Shown here in pieces: positions 11,065 to 21,910 of a stretch of 33,006 nucleotides of DNA; the stretch's first letter is position 1, and every line of letters starts with the position of its first letter. This DNA is from Octopus bimaculoides (taxonomy: Eukaryota). The stretch is from the NCBI RefSeq assembly GCF_001194135.2, contig NC_068982.1, positions 94,358,006 through 94,391,011 on the forward strand, written 5' to 3'. The notes under the pieces are model-generated. The model did not search any database, was not told the DNA's origin, and saw nothing but the letters and a program-made list of their open reading frames with translations. The position numbers and the translations under genes are program-made.

Positions 11065-12514
11065 ACCCCGAGTGTGTGCATATGTTAAAAATATATTAGT
11101 ATTGTACTCATACATCAAAGTGTCTAACTGTCGTATGTGCACCACACTGACAGAAGCAATATTTAATGATCTAAAGAAGGAATCTCTATGCGTTCGCTTT
11201 ATGAACATGTGAGAAGAGTAGCTATAATTTCCTCAAGATACTTGAGAAATGATCTATAATCTTTAATCATATATCATTTAATCCAACGCTAACCTGTTTT
11301 ATACAACGATGAAAATAACCAGTGAGATATTTCGTATGCTTATTAGACCTGAATTAGCTTCCATGTTAACGTACAAGTTCTTGAGAAAGCATTAATTTGT
11401 TAGTGTGATCTAGGAGGTAAGGAGCTGTACAGATAACCGTCGCATATCTTTCAAAGTGGTGATATTGATACGGTTGGTATTGTGTTTGAACATCTGCTAG
11501 TCGGTGTATGCAAGAAAGATATGAATAGAATAGAATTCTACGTTGTTGATCTTCTGGGGACAAAAATATTAGACATTGTAATTTGTGTGAAACATAAGAA
11601 TGGAAAATCTGGATAAATAACGGGTGTAGGTGAGATTTGAATGGACGAATTATACATTTATACAGCTCTCATAACTCCCAGGACAGAAATCTTTATAGCG
11701 TTAGTAGAAAGAGTCAGAGCGAAGAGGCAGTGAAATTCTCAGCTAGAGAATAGAGTGCGTTGGTGAGGGAGACCTTGCCAAGACAAATTCGAATTTCCCC
11801 TTTGATTCAAATTAACGGGCATTTATGCCAATACGAAATGAATCTGTATTGCATCAATATATATAATATAAATTTTAAAGCGAAACAACAAACAAGCTTA
11901 AATGCATTATTAACACATTAATCTAATCGCTTCATATTAGATTTCAAATGTTAATAAAACGAATTTATTTGATGGTTGCATAAACTAATTAAACGTTTCA
12001 ATCTTTTTTTTTTTTAAGCATTTCTCGGATAAATCTAATCGTATAATATTTTGAAAAGCTTTCTGAATACACAATTCATATGCTTTCAAACAGTTTATTT
12101 TAAATCATATAGATCGAGTGATATTTCAAACATATATTTGAAAATAATTAATTCCAGATATATTTTAGATACAATAAAAAAATAAATGTTGGAGAGGAAA
12201 GCAGTTGAAACGTCAATTAATAGGAGCTGTTATATTTCGAAGATATTTAGTAATTATATGACTGTGGATGCAATTATAAGTATGATTGTATGCTCGTTTG
12301 TGACATTGTTTATGATTGTGTACAGGTGTTTGAGTGAACGTATGTTAGTGCATCTTTGCGTCTGAATGTTTTAATATATTGAATAAATCAATTCGGCTAT
12401 TTCAATATGATTACCCTTCTTTATTTGAAAATGGGTAGTAAATAGGATTAATTATTCAAGCGACTAATTAACTGAAGATACAAGGACTTTCGGAATTTCA
12501 CACATAGACTAGCA

Positions 12515-12630
12515 CGCTCATGTACTATCCTTTTTTGTCGAAGAGCGTAGGCTCGAAATGTAAATGACATTTCCGTTTTTCCCGAGCGTTAAACTATTAC
12601 ACCTGCTTGTTGTTCCTACACCTGTCTAAT
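12515..12630 (+). mobile_element. Hammerhead-bearing short repeat, copy A (degenerate, 3' portion deleted), ends in (TA)n
   Basis: TTGTCGA-A-GAGC-GTAG-GCTC-GAAATGTA at 12535-12562, followed by CCCGAGCGTTAAACTA...ACACCTGTC shared with the other copies. Confidence 0.75.
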
Positions 12631-12651
12631 ATATATATATATATATATATA

Positions 12652-12810
12652 NNNNNNNNNNNNNNNNNNNNNNNNNNNNNNNNNNNNNNNNNNNNNNNNN
12701 NNNNNNNNNNNNNNNNNNNNNNNNNNNNNNNNNNNNNNNNNNNNNNNNNNNNNNNNNNNNNNNNNNNNNNNNNNNNNNNNNNNNNNNNNNNNNNNNNNNN
12801 NNNNNNNNNN
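12652..12810. other. Assembly gap between (TA)n and (GT)n
   Basis: Run of N. Confidence 1.
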
Positions 12811-13109
12811 GTGTGTGTTTGTTTGTGTGTATATACATACACATAAACCTACACGTAAATACATACATAGATGCCTACATAAATTTATGCATGTCTATAT
12901 TGAACAAAATGGACACAGTCCAATGATGAATAGGAGTAAAAGAATAAAAGTGTGTGTATGTGTGTGTATGATTTATATGTGTTTATGTGTACAACGATTC
13001 TATGGAAAACAATGCAAAAGTGGGTCAGTATTAACCGTCGTGAGTTGTTCAAATTGCACATTCTGCTGGATACGTTAATCTACCAGCATGTTCTTTATCT
13101 TATCTGTTG

Positions 13110-13870
13110 CAAATACTGGATACTGGGCTTAAGCAACCGGATGTCATAGAATTTTTGATGAAGTTTAGGTAAAAGTTGTTCACAAATAGCTACAACATCG
13201 AAGACAAACAACGCAATGAAACAAATCAGTTGCGACAGCAATCGCCAGCAAGTGACACGAATGGATGCCTGGCGACTAAGTGACAATCCGAGAGCTAGAT
13301 GCACAATTGGACAAGTGGTTGTAATGTATTACAAAGATGGTGGAAGGTTTTGAGTATTAGAGTGTTTGTGCAAAGTGGTTAACCCGGCAGTTGATACCTG
13401 ATTTGAAGGAGATAGTTGCGAAATCTTTTGAAGCTAATGAAGAAGTTTGAAGCTAACGGAGATACATTTTTCCAAATGTAATTACGAGAAATTAAACGTA
13501 GTTATATTTTTATGATCTGGAAACGAAGGAAAAGTCCATGGAACGACGTCAAACTTATCTAAGGCCTAAAAAGTTGAAGATCCAGTGATTGGCACAGAAA
13601 ACTATGGTGACTGTTTTGGGCAGTGTCAAGGTCGTAGCTCTCCTTGATATTCTGGAACGTAGTTGTACTGTGAACAGTGAGCGCTTGATTGAGGCATTAA
13701 AATACTTTAAAGAAATGATTAGGAGGAAAAGACGAACAAGAGTCGAGTATGAAAACGAATCACATTTCACCATGATAGTGCGCGACTGCACATATTTTTG
13801 TTTATAAATCAGGCAATCGATAAATTGGGCTAATCGTAATAAATATTTCTTTATCAGTCTGGTATACCAC
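13110..13870 (+). mobile_element. Mariner (Tc1/mariner, DD34D-type) transposase relic
   Basis: KQPDVIEFL (13131; N-terminus); SVCAKWLTRQL (~13365-13390; WVPxxL motif); VITRN*T*LYFYDLETKEKSME (13478; VTGDETW...PETK.QS); KTMVTVLGSVKVVALLDILERSCTVNSERLIEALKYFKEMIRRKR; HDSARLH (13771; HDNARPH). No TIRs recognised. Confidence 0.8.
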
Positions 13871-14584
13871 CCATCTCTATCTTTCACAACGTGTTACTCT
13901 CTCTAATATCCAACAACAACTCTAATATCCAATAACATTTGTCTAATGATCGACACATGTCTTTGCACAATGACCAACACGATTACAACCATTTCGGTGC
14001 GTCTAAAGTCACTAACCAACTTCTTTTTACTTCCCAAGTATTGCCCAGCAAAATAAACTCTTCTTTCTCTAATGATGTCTGATAATTTAGAAAGCTTATT
14101 GTATAAGCTGTCATTGACAGATTATAGAATATGTATCTCTCCAGGATACATTAAAAATGGCAAAAAATAAGCTCATATAGGTGCTCCTAATCACGATAAT
14201 AGAAGGTATGAAAATGACAAGTGTCTTCATTCGATTAAGATCATATCTCATGACATCTTGAACTGCTAGTGCTCATAATGAAATATTCATAGGACTTCAA
14301 GAAATTTAAAACTTTAACATCATTGTTAGAAAACGTTGATCACCACTAGTAGTTTCCTTATCATTAGTGATCAAAGGCATGATTTCAGTCCAGGTTGCCT
14401 TTTGTGCCACATTGTACACCCGGACAGCCTCCATTGAATCAATGAGGACAGAATCGTGAATATCGCATGTATATCCAGTAATAAATGCTATAACAAACTG
14501 AGGATAGGCGAAGAACTCCCCGTATTTACTCTGCAGAAAGGTACACACCCTACAAGTTAATTGATACCCACAATCTTCAGTTGT

Positions 14585-14870
14585 GATACATATATTACAT
14601 CACACCTAGAAAGAAACATCGTCACAAGCAAAATAGATTAGAACAGCTCCAAACATTCACGTTGTAATAGAAAGTGTCAATTGTGCCGTGTTAGCCTTGA
14701 AGATATCGTGCATATCCTTAGTAGAACTAGAATGTATTCATAGCTTTAAATATAAGAAATTCTGGTAGAACATTCTGAAAGAAGCAGCAAACCAGTAAAA
14801 GGACGAAGAAAGGCTCATATTGTTCTATGGAACAGGAAACAAAAGTCGTGTGCTATTACTCAAGCCATTT
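14585..14870 (+). mobile_element. Old Dong/R4-type fragment (zinc knuckle plus RLE start), related to the 23660-26640 subfamily
   Basis: YITSHLE (14591); NRKCQLCRVSLEDIVHILS (CCHC knuckle, ~14666-14715); FW*NI (cf. YWWNA at ~26273); AHIVLWNRKQKSCAI (cf. PDIVIWDR). Confidence 0.6.
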
Positions 14871-15340
14871 GTCAAATGAATGAGCGTTTCTCACCTAACG
14901 CTTTTGAGCAAGAGAACATCTATGTGAAATAATAGGAATTTACATACATTGTAAGCTGGTTATAGGTTTTCATCTATACGTATTGTCATAGGTTAACTGG
15001 GCTATGTAAACAATAAGATTTGCATGAAAGCTAATAAATTCTGTTTGTTTTGTCCGAGAATAAATAAATGAAAGTGACTCGAACCTTCTAAATGAAATTG
15101 ATTATTGGTACTTATTTGTAAATATTCCGAAGAGTTTCCTGATATTACTCTACGTGCACACACAATTAGTAATCACGCACAATCTTATCTTGTACTAGAG
15201 GTATGTACAATCCTTATATGAGGGAAAACAAACCACACCTGTGTCTACAATTATATATACATTACTATACTCAATAATTGACAAATACCTGGAATTGTCT
15301 TGACTAAAACAAAGAAAGCTTCTTATTTTGCTAGTGATCA

Positions 15341-15417
15341 GCTTGAAAAATATACCCGTTCATGGTTAAATGGTCACGCTTGAAAAATATACCCATTGTT
15401 GGTTAAATGGTCACGCT
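15341..15417 (+). repeat. 37-bp tandem duplication
   Basis: GCTTGAAAAATATACCCGTTCATGGTTAAATGGTCAC then GCTTGAAAAATATACCCATTGTTGGTTAAATGGTCAC, then GCT. Confidence 0.95.
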
Positions 15418-15476
15418 ATCTTTCTTCGTCATTCGTACTTGTTACAACGTTTCCTCCTATATAATGCAGCTAATAT

Positions 15477-15606
15477 TGGTTTCAATTTTTGGCACGAAGC
15501 TAGCAAAGTTGACCTTGTCAGAATTTGAACTCGGAACGTGAAGACGGACAAAATGCTGACAAGTATTTTTCCTGGCGTGCTAACGTGTCTGCCAGCTCAC
15601 CACCTT
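15477..15606 (-). mobile_element. tRNA-derived SINE (family B head AAGGYGGYGAGCTGGCAG), internally deleted
   Basis: Minus strand: AAGGTGGTGAGCTGGCAGACACGTTAGCACGCC...GAGTTCAAATTC (B box, 15521-15532). The head matches 28848-28921. Confidence 0.75.
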
Positions 15607-16084
15607 CAATGCATCTATTTTAATTGCTTCTATTACTGCTTATTTATATATTCTTCATTCTATTCCTCCCATTCTACTCCAACGACTGTTACGTCCACCC
15701 CCAACAACTTTGGAAATTTATTGTTCGTTTTGCCGTCGGTGTTTAAAGTCTACCCTTTCCAATATCTGAGTGCTATGACGGGTAATGTTGAAAATATAGT
15801 TTTGTCGCTTGCGGTAATATCACGTAATTTTAAATTGGTAACATAATTGCAATTGTAATGTATACTGTTACATAATTATAATTGTTATGTATGCTGTTAG
15901 GTTTTCAGACTGAAAACCAATTAATATATTGTTCTTGGAAATAATAAAGTACTATAGTGTTATTGTAACTGAGAGTACTATTATTATTGTTAACATAAAT
16001 TTATTATATTAGCAGAAACATCGACTCCGGGCAATCGCCTACACAACATCTACCTATCTATCTGATGATTCCGCATTCTCAAAC

Positions 16085-16111
16085 TATATATATATATATA
16101 TATATATATAT
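16085..16111. repeat. (TA)n at the 3' end of hammerhead repeat copy B
   Basis: Direct inspection. Confidence 0.95.
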
Positions 16112-16300
16112 GGGAGAATATACAAAAAATAACAACAGACGAGGACAGGTGGTGTAAATAACAAAAGTATATATTAGTATGACGCTCGGGAATACGGAAA
16201 GTCTTTGACGTTTCGAGCTACGCTCTTCAACAGAAAGAATACGGAGACAAGGAGAAAAACACGGAGAAAAAAAATTGAATAGTGTTCAGTCAACGGTCAA
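16112..16300 (-). mobile_element. Hammerhead-bearing short repeat, copy B (best-preserved ribozyme fold, 16202-16238), flanked by (TA)n on both sides
   Basis: Minus strand: UCUUU-CUGUUGA-A-GAGC-GUA-GCUC-GAAACGUC-AAAGA. Stem I UCUUU/AAAGA, stem II GAGC/GCUC, palindromic ACGU in place of stem III, GUC cleavage triplet (cut predicted between 16207 and 16206). Confidence 0.8.
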
Positions 16301-16312
16301 TCATAATAATGA

Positions 16313-16380
16313 TATATATATATATATACATGTATATGTGTGTGTATGTGTATCTGTGTGTGTGTGTGTGTGTATACATA

Positions 16381-16438
<58 letters not shown>

Positions 16439-16445
16439 TACATAC
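16313..16445 (+). repeat. Compound (TA)n/(TG)n microsatellite
   Basis: Direct inspection. Confidence 0.95.
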
Positions 16446-17649
16446 TTATATCTCGCTTATTTCGTAAATAGCACTGCATTTTCCATTGTGTTATTTTCTA
16501 TCTTTCCTATCTGATAAGTGTAGCTTGTGGTTTGAAATAAATTTGCCGACTATATCTAGCAGATCTAGTAACTGATCGACATCGGCTCCCAGTAAATTTC
16601 ATTGTTGTGCATCCCCATATTTATTGTAGACAAAGTAAGCTCTGATGAAAGGTGTTGCAATCATGAATCAACGTCGTTTTTTATATTGTTTAATATCGCT
16701 TCAATTTAAGATGGGAAGATATGGTTGTTAGAGATTTAGCATGTATCTTTAGCAGTTTATGTGATCATGCTTCAGATCCTTACTCCAATCACCTCTACCT
16801 CTTCCTCTTCGTCCCTGTTCCTTTTTGCTGCACTTCCTTCTGACTTACACTTTTGATTTAATCTATTCAGAATGATGGTTGAAGTAGCAGGTTACTTAGT
16901 TCGATTGTTGATCAGATATCATTAAAATTTCAACTCCATTCAACGACACTGGATGCTTTGGCGATGTCAGTAACATACGCTGCTGGGATGTAAAAAGAAG
17001 AGATATGATAGACCAATAGGCCCTGAAAAATAAGACTCGCAGTATACAAAAAGATGAACGTCTGTAAACTGAACAGCAAGCCAAATCGAATAATGAAGAG
17101 AAGGGGAAAAATATCTAACAAAAGAAACAGGTAGGCAAGGGGAGTAATTGAAAACAGACAAAACGATGCAGAGAGTTATTTGTATACATAGAATGTCTTT
17201 TGACATAGCAACTAGAGTAAAACGTATTGTGCATAGTAACGCTAAAAGAAAAGATGGTGGTTCTTTTGGACTTGTACGATCAATTCCCAAAAAGAAATAA
17301 GATGAAAGCTTCGGTGTGTCTAGAGGGAAGGGAGAAAAGGAAGGGGTAGAAGTGGGTTGAAAGAAAGATAGACAGTAATTAGGGAAGGGTGAGGGAAGAG
17401 AGAGCTATAGATAATATGTTTCAGATGAATACGTACGATAGAGGAAGAAAAATAGAAAGATAAAATAACAAAAAGATAAATGGATGCGGGCATTGAAAGA
17501 AATGTAAGTAAATAGAGAAAAACAAGTTGTCAGAAAGATATGGACTGTTATCTTGTGAACTTGATAGACAGAGGAAGCAATAAAGTGGTAAACATAAAGA
17601 AATGAGATAGGTTGATAAGTATGTAGATAGGTATATAGAGATAGAAAGA

Positions 17650-17687
17650 ATGTGTGCGTGTGTGTGGTGGTGGTGTGTGTGTGTGTG

Positions 17688-17741
<54 letters not shown>

Positions 17742-17790
17742 AGAAAGACTGACAACCAGACAGAGAGAGCGATAAGGAGAGCGAGATAGC
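17650..17790 (+). repeat. (GT)n-(GA)n microsatellite
   Basis: Direct inspection. Confidence 0.95.
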
Positions 17791-17967
17791 GAAATAAGTT
17801 ACCGAACGATAAGACGGATAGATGTGCCTTTAGAAACGGTGTTTTGACTCGGCGATGATGATAAAAGAAATTGTGATATTTCTCTCACATGTGCACATAT
17901 CCACACGTTAGCATAATTACTTTCAGACACAAATAGGAAATTTGTTTTGTTGATTCTAGTTTAATTT

Positions 17968-18152
17968 NNNNNNNNNNNNNNNNNNNNNNNNNNNNNNNNN
18001 NNNNNNNNNNNNNNNNNNNNNNNNNNNNNNNNNNNNNNNNNNNNNNNNNNNNNNNNNNNNNNNNNNNNNNNNNNNNNNNNNNNNNNNNNNNNNNNNNNNN
18101 NNNNNNNNNNNNNNNNNNNNNNNNNNNNNNNNNNNNNNNNNNNNNNNNNNNN
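17968..18152. other. Assembly gap
   Basis: Run of N. Confidence 1.
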
Positions 18153-18214
<62 letters not shown>

Positions 18215-18288
18215 TCACGCATGCACACACACACACACACACATACATACATACATACATACATACATACATACATACGTACGTACAC
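18153..18288 (+). repeat. (CA)n-(CATA)n microsatellite
   Basis: Direct inspection. Confidence 0.95.
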
Positions 18289-18937
18289 ATTAAGATATAA
18301 TGATCTCCTGATATTAACTCTTCATATAAATCGCTGTATCTTGAGTTGTTTCAGTAGAAAAATGTGCAACATTTTAACGGAAAATATACTGATCTGGAAA
18401 CTGATAATGCAATATAATCTTAGAGCATCTCTGTGTTTGATTCAAATGCGTAGGAGACAGTGTACTTATTGTTAACGGTTTCACAATTAAGATAAGCCGT
18501 TACACTGTTACTGAGCACGCTTCACTTAGAGATAACAGCCTAATTTTGTTGAAGACTGCTTAATATTGTCGTTTATATATACTAGAAATAGCGGTCAAAT
18601 CTACTTAAATTGTTTCTCTATCGTCTTAACAAGAAATGACACTTTGGATAATGTACTACTAAATATGCTATATCTGTAAAATGACAATCACTATTTCCAA
18701 TAATCTTGATTGCACAAAAGAGAGAAAGTTATTTAATGAATTAACTGAGGGGAGCCAACATGCCGAGGCCTGGCGTGCAAGAAACTATAATAGAATGACA
18801 TGATGAAGGAGGGACAAGTTGGATAATGTCAGCTTAGAAATATAATGCTTATGAGAAGTACGGATAAATCACGGATTAAATGACTTTCATCATGGGTCTA
18901 GGTTGGTTTTCAACTCAATGTGCTTTATACATTGTGT

Positions 18938-19136
18938 GCACGCGCAAATACATATACACACATGCACACGCTCACACACACACACTCAAGTGGGTACACT
19001 TAGGCACACTCACATACACACGTATGCCTATGCACACATAAAAGCAGACACACATAACACACACACATACACGCATACGCACGCGCGCACACACGCGCAC
19101 GCGCACTCTCACACACACACACACACACACACACAA
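18938..19136 (+). repeat. Degenerate (CA)n/(CG)n tract
   Basis: Direct inspection. Confidence 0.9.
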
Positions 19137-19541
19137 AGTGTGTTTATATGTGTGATTGTGACTGTTGTTAAAGCTTAATTGCTGGAAAACAAGTGAGACT
19201 GAATCGATGCGGGGAAAGGTACTGTCTGAATATAAGACAGTCAATGTGTGCTGGAAAAGTGTTGGTATAGAGAATCTGAAGATCTGGTGAATATGTTACT
19301 ATAAAGCCACCTCCGCTTAAGGCACGCACGAGGCATCTTTTATTAGAACGTTCTATTGTACACGTTTCCACTTTACATCGCTAAATATTAAACTGTGGTG
19401 TAAAAGTGAATCGTATGTTTCATTAATAAATACAGTAACATCATATCTACATCTCTTGATGTAACTGTGCAACATGGTACGAACTAGATGCCAACGCGTT
19501 TATGAGGTACGTCATTCAAACCGAGACAGATCCTTTGTCTC

Positions 19542-19705
19542 AAGCATTATGGCTATGTGGTCAAAGAGCTTGGTTTGTAACTACTTATTTTCGCGTTCAA
19601 TGCCGCGGTGCTACAATTTCAGCAGGTGTCTTCTACAATGGCCAGCTAACACCTTGTGAGTGAATTTGGTAGGCAGAAATTGTGTGGAAGCCCGTCGCAT
19701 ATATA
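19542..19705 (+). mobile_element. Degenerate tRNA-derived SINE (family A)
   Basis: Head GGCTATGTGGTCAAAGAGCTTG resembles 28796-28816 GGCTGTGTGGTAAGTAGCTTG. Body GGTGTCTTCTAC...CCTTGTGAGTGAATTTGGTAG...GAAGCCCGTCG, then a TA-rich tail (the body match relies on recall of a cephalopod SINE consensus). Confidence 0.65.
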
Positions 19706-19882
19706 TTATATATAAATGTATGTATGTAAATCTGTGTGTATATCTTTGAGTTTTGTACTTTTCTCCTCTACCGATTGACAACTGGTATTGGCTTCTTTAC
19801 ATTTCTTCAATATAGCTACTGAGACAGCATCTCCATAACTAGTTTTTCGGTAAAAGAAATCGATATCATAAGTCTTCTTTGT

Positions 19883-20265
19883 GGAGGTACAATGGCCCAG
19901 TGGTTAGGGCAGCGGACACGCGGTCATAGGATTGCGGTTTCGATTCCCAGACCAGGCATCGTGTGTGTTTATTGAGCGAAAACACCTAAAGCCCCACGAG
20001 GCTCCGGCAGGGGATGGTGGCGAACCCTGCTGTACTCTTCCACTACAACTTTCTCTCACTCTTACTTCCTGTTTCTGTTGTGCCTGTAATTCAAAGGGTC
20101 AGCCTTGTCACACTGTGTCACGCTGAATATCCTCAAGAACTACGTTATGGGTACACGTGTCTGTGGAGTGCTCAGCCACTTGCACGTTAATTTCAAGAGC
20201 AGGCTGTTCCGTTGATCGGATCAACTGGAACCCTCGACGTCGTAGGCAACGGAGTGCCAACAACA
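19883..20265 (+). mobile_element. Near full-length tRNA-derived SINE (family C)
   Basis: A box TGGCCCAGTGG (19893-19903), B-box-like GGTTTCGATTCC (19936-19947), ~380-bp body ending GGAGTGCCAACAACA. Confidence 0.8.
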
Positions 20266-20389
20266 TGTCTTCTTTAAGGGAGGCAATAACAGGGAAGCGA
20301 CGACCTAGAGTGGTGGTTAATGCATTGACTGTGGGGTTACTCATTGCAAATATGATAATGGACGGAGATGCAAGTATTGCGCACATGTG

Positions 20390-20490
20390 TGCGCAAACAT
20401 ACGTACATGCATATATATGCATGTATATACGTATGCCTGTGTGTGCATATACATGTATGCATATGCATGTATGCATATACATATATATTT
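20390..20490 (+). repeat. Degenerate (TATG/CATA) microsatellite
   Basis: Direct inspection. Confidence 0.8.
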
Positions 20491-20673
20491 CGTTTTTGCA
20501 TTTGGTTTGCAAGATTCTATATGTGAATTAGTGTGTTGAAGCATATTTTATTTTGTCTGTGGAGAATTATTCTCTTTAAGTGCCTTATTATTTAATACAC
20601 GGGCCGGTTCGTTTTCCACTCATTTATTTATTTATTTTTCGAAAATTTTCATTGCGTCTTGCAACCTTTTCAA

Positions 20674-20826
20674 TAGTCGTTGACTCTCTCTCTTTTTCTC
20701 TCTCTGTTTATTTTCTCTTACACGTTTCTGTTGAAGTGCGTAATCTCGAGTGTCAAAGTAATACATTTGGTTATTGTTTATTTTATACATCTGTCGTCAT
20801 CTTTTGAGTTTCTGTAAATTTCAAGT
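20674..20826 (+). mobile_element. Hammerhead-bearing short repeat, copy C (old; GAAAC core destroyed), ends in (TA)n
   Basis: GTCGTTGAC...TTTCTGTTGAAGTGCGTAATCTCGAGTGTCAAAG (20725-20758), a deletion, then TAATACAT...ACATCTGTC...GTAAATT, then TA repeats. Colinear with copy D. Confidence 0.6.
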
Positions 20827-20887
20827 ATATATGTTCATATATATATGTGTGTGTGTATTCATATATATATATATATATATATATATA

Positions 20888-21545
20888 NNNNNNNNNNNNN
20901 NNNNNNNNNNNNNNNNNNNNNNNNNNNNNNNNNNNNNNNNNNNNNNNNNNNNNNNNNNNNNNNNNNNNNNNNNNNNNNNNNNNNNNNNNNNNNNNNNNNN
21001 NNNNNNNNNNNNNNNNNNNNNNNNNNNNNNNNNNNNNNNNNNNNNNNNNNNNNNNNNNNNNNNNNNNNNNNNNNNNNNNNNNNNNNNNNNNNNNNNNNNN
21101 NNNNNNNNNNNNNNNNNNNNNNNNNNNNNNNNNNNNNNNNNNNNNNNNNNNNNNNNNNNNNNNNNNNNNNNNNNNNNNNNNNNNNNNNNNNNNNNNNNNN
21201 NNNNNNNNNNNNNNNNNNNNNNNNNNNNNNNNNNNNNNNNNNNNNNNNNNNNNNNNNNNNNNNNNNNNNNNNNNNNNNNNNNNNNNNNNNNNNNNNNNNN
21301 NNNNNNNNNNNNNNNNNNNNNNNNNNNNNNNNNNNNNNNNNNNNNNNNNNNNNNNNNNNNNNNNNNNNNNNNNNNNNNNNNNNNNNNNNNNNNNNNNNNN
21401 NNNNNNNNNNNNNNNNNNNNNNNNNNNNNNNNNNNNNNNNNNNNNNNNNNNNNNNNNNNNNNNNNNNNNNNNNNNNNNNNNNNNNNNNNNNNNNNNNNNN
21501 NNNNNNNNNNNNNNNNNNNNNNNNNNNNNNNNNNNNNNNNNNNNN
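20888..21545. other. Assembly gap flanked by (TA)n on both sides
   Basis: Run of N. Confidence 1.
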
Positions 21546-21749
21546 ATATATATATATATATATATATATATAGATATACACACACACACATATATATTTA
21601 CTAATACGAACATATATTCACACAGGGAGAGAGTGTGAGAAAAGGAGGTAATGTAAGAGAGATAGAGAGAGGGCATAAATCGATCTGAAATTGAGACGAC
21701 TAGCGGCATGACTTGAAAAATAACACACTCACAGTGAGTCTCGTATACT

Positions 21750-21866
21750 ACTTATCGTATCCGTAGAGATGAAATAACAGATGACCCCGGCTGGATTTGA
21801 ACTTGACATTCTAAAAGTTATACCAATTCTCTTACGCAGGGTTGAGACTCTGAATCGCCACCAGAT
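21750..21866 (-). mobile_element. Degenerate tRNA-derived SINE (family B-like)
   Basis: Minus strand: GGTGGCG head ... AGTTCAAATCC B box (21793-21803), then GCCGGGGTCA...TTTCATC...CGATAAG. Confidence 0.5.
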
Positions 21867-21910
21867 TGAGAGCGGTTGTACAAATACATATAAACATATA
21901 TGTGTGTGTG

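Noticed and set aside
11400-11600. ~58-codon plus-strand open frame (PSHIFQSGDIDTVGIVFEHLLVG...)
   Set aside because: No start or splice support and no recognised homology; the length is within chance expectation.
16642-16680. Canonical-looking hammerhead core CTGATGA
   Set aside because: No stem II, no GAAA and no matching stem I downstream; not homologous to the repeat family.
18797-18895. Inverted 9-mer CATGATGAA ... TTCATCATG
   Set aside because: The intervening sequence does not pair, and such a match is expected by chance in AT-rich DNA.
19883-19950. tRNA gene
   Set aside because: A and B boxes are present, but there is no complete cloverleaf and the sequence continues into a SINE body; this is a SINE head.
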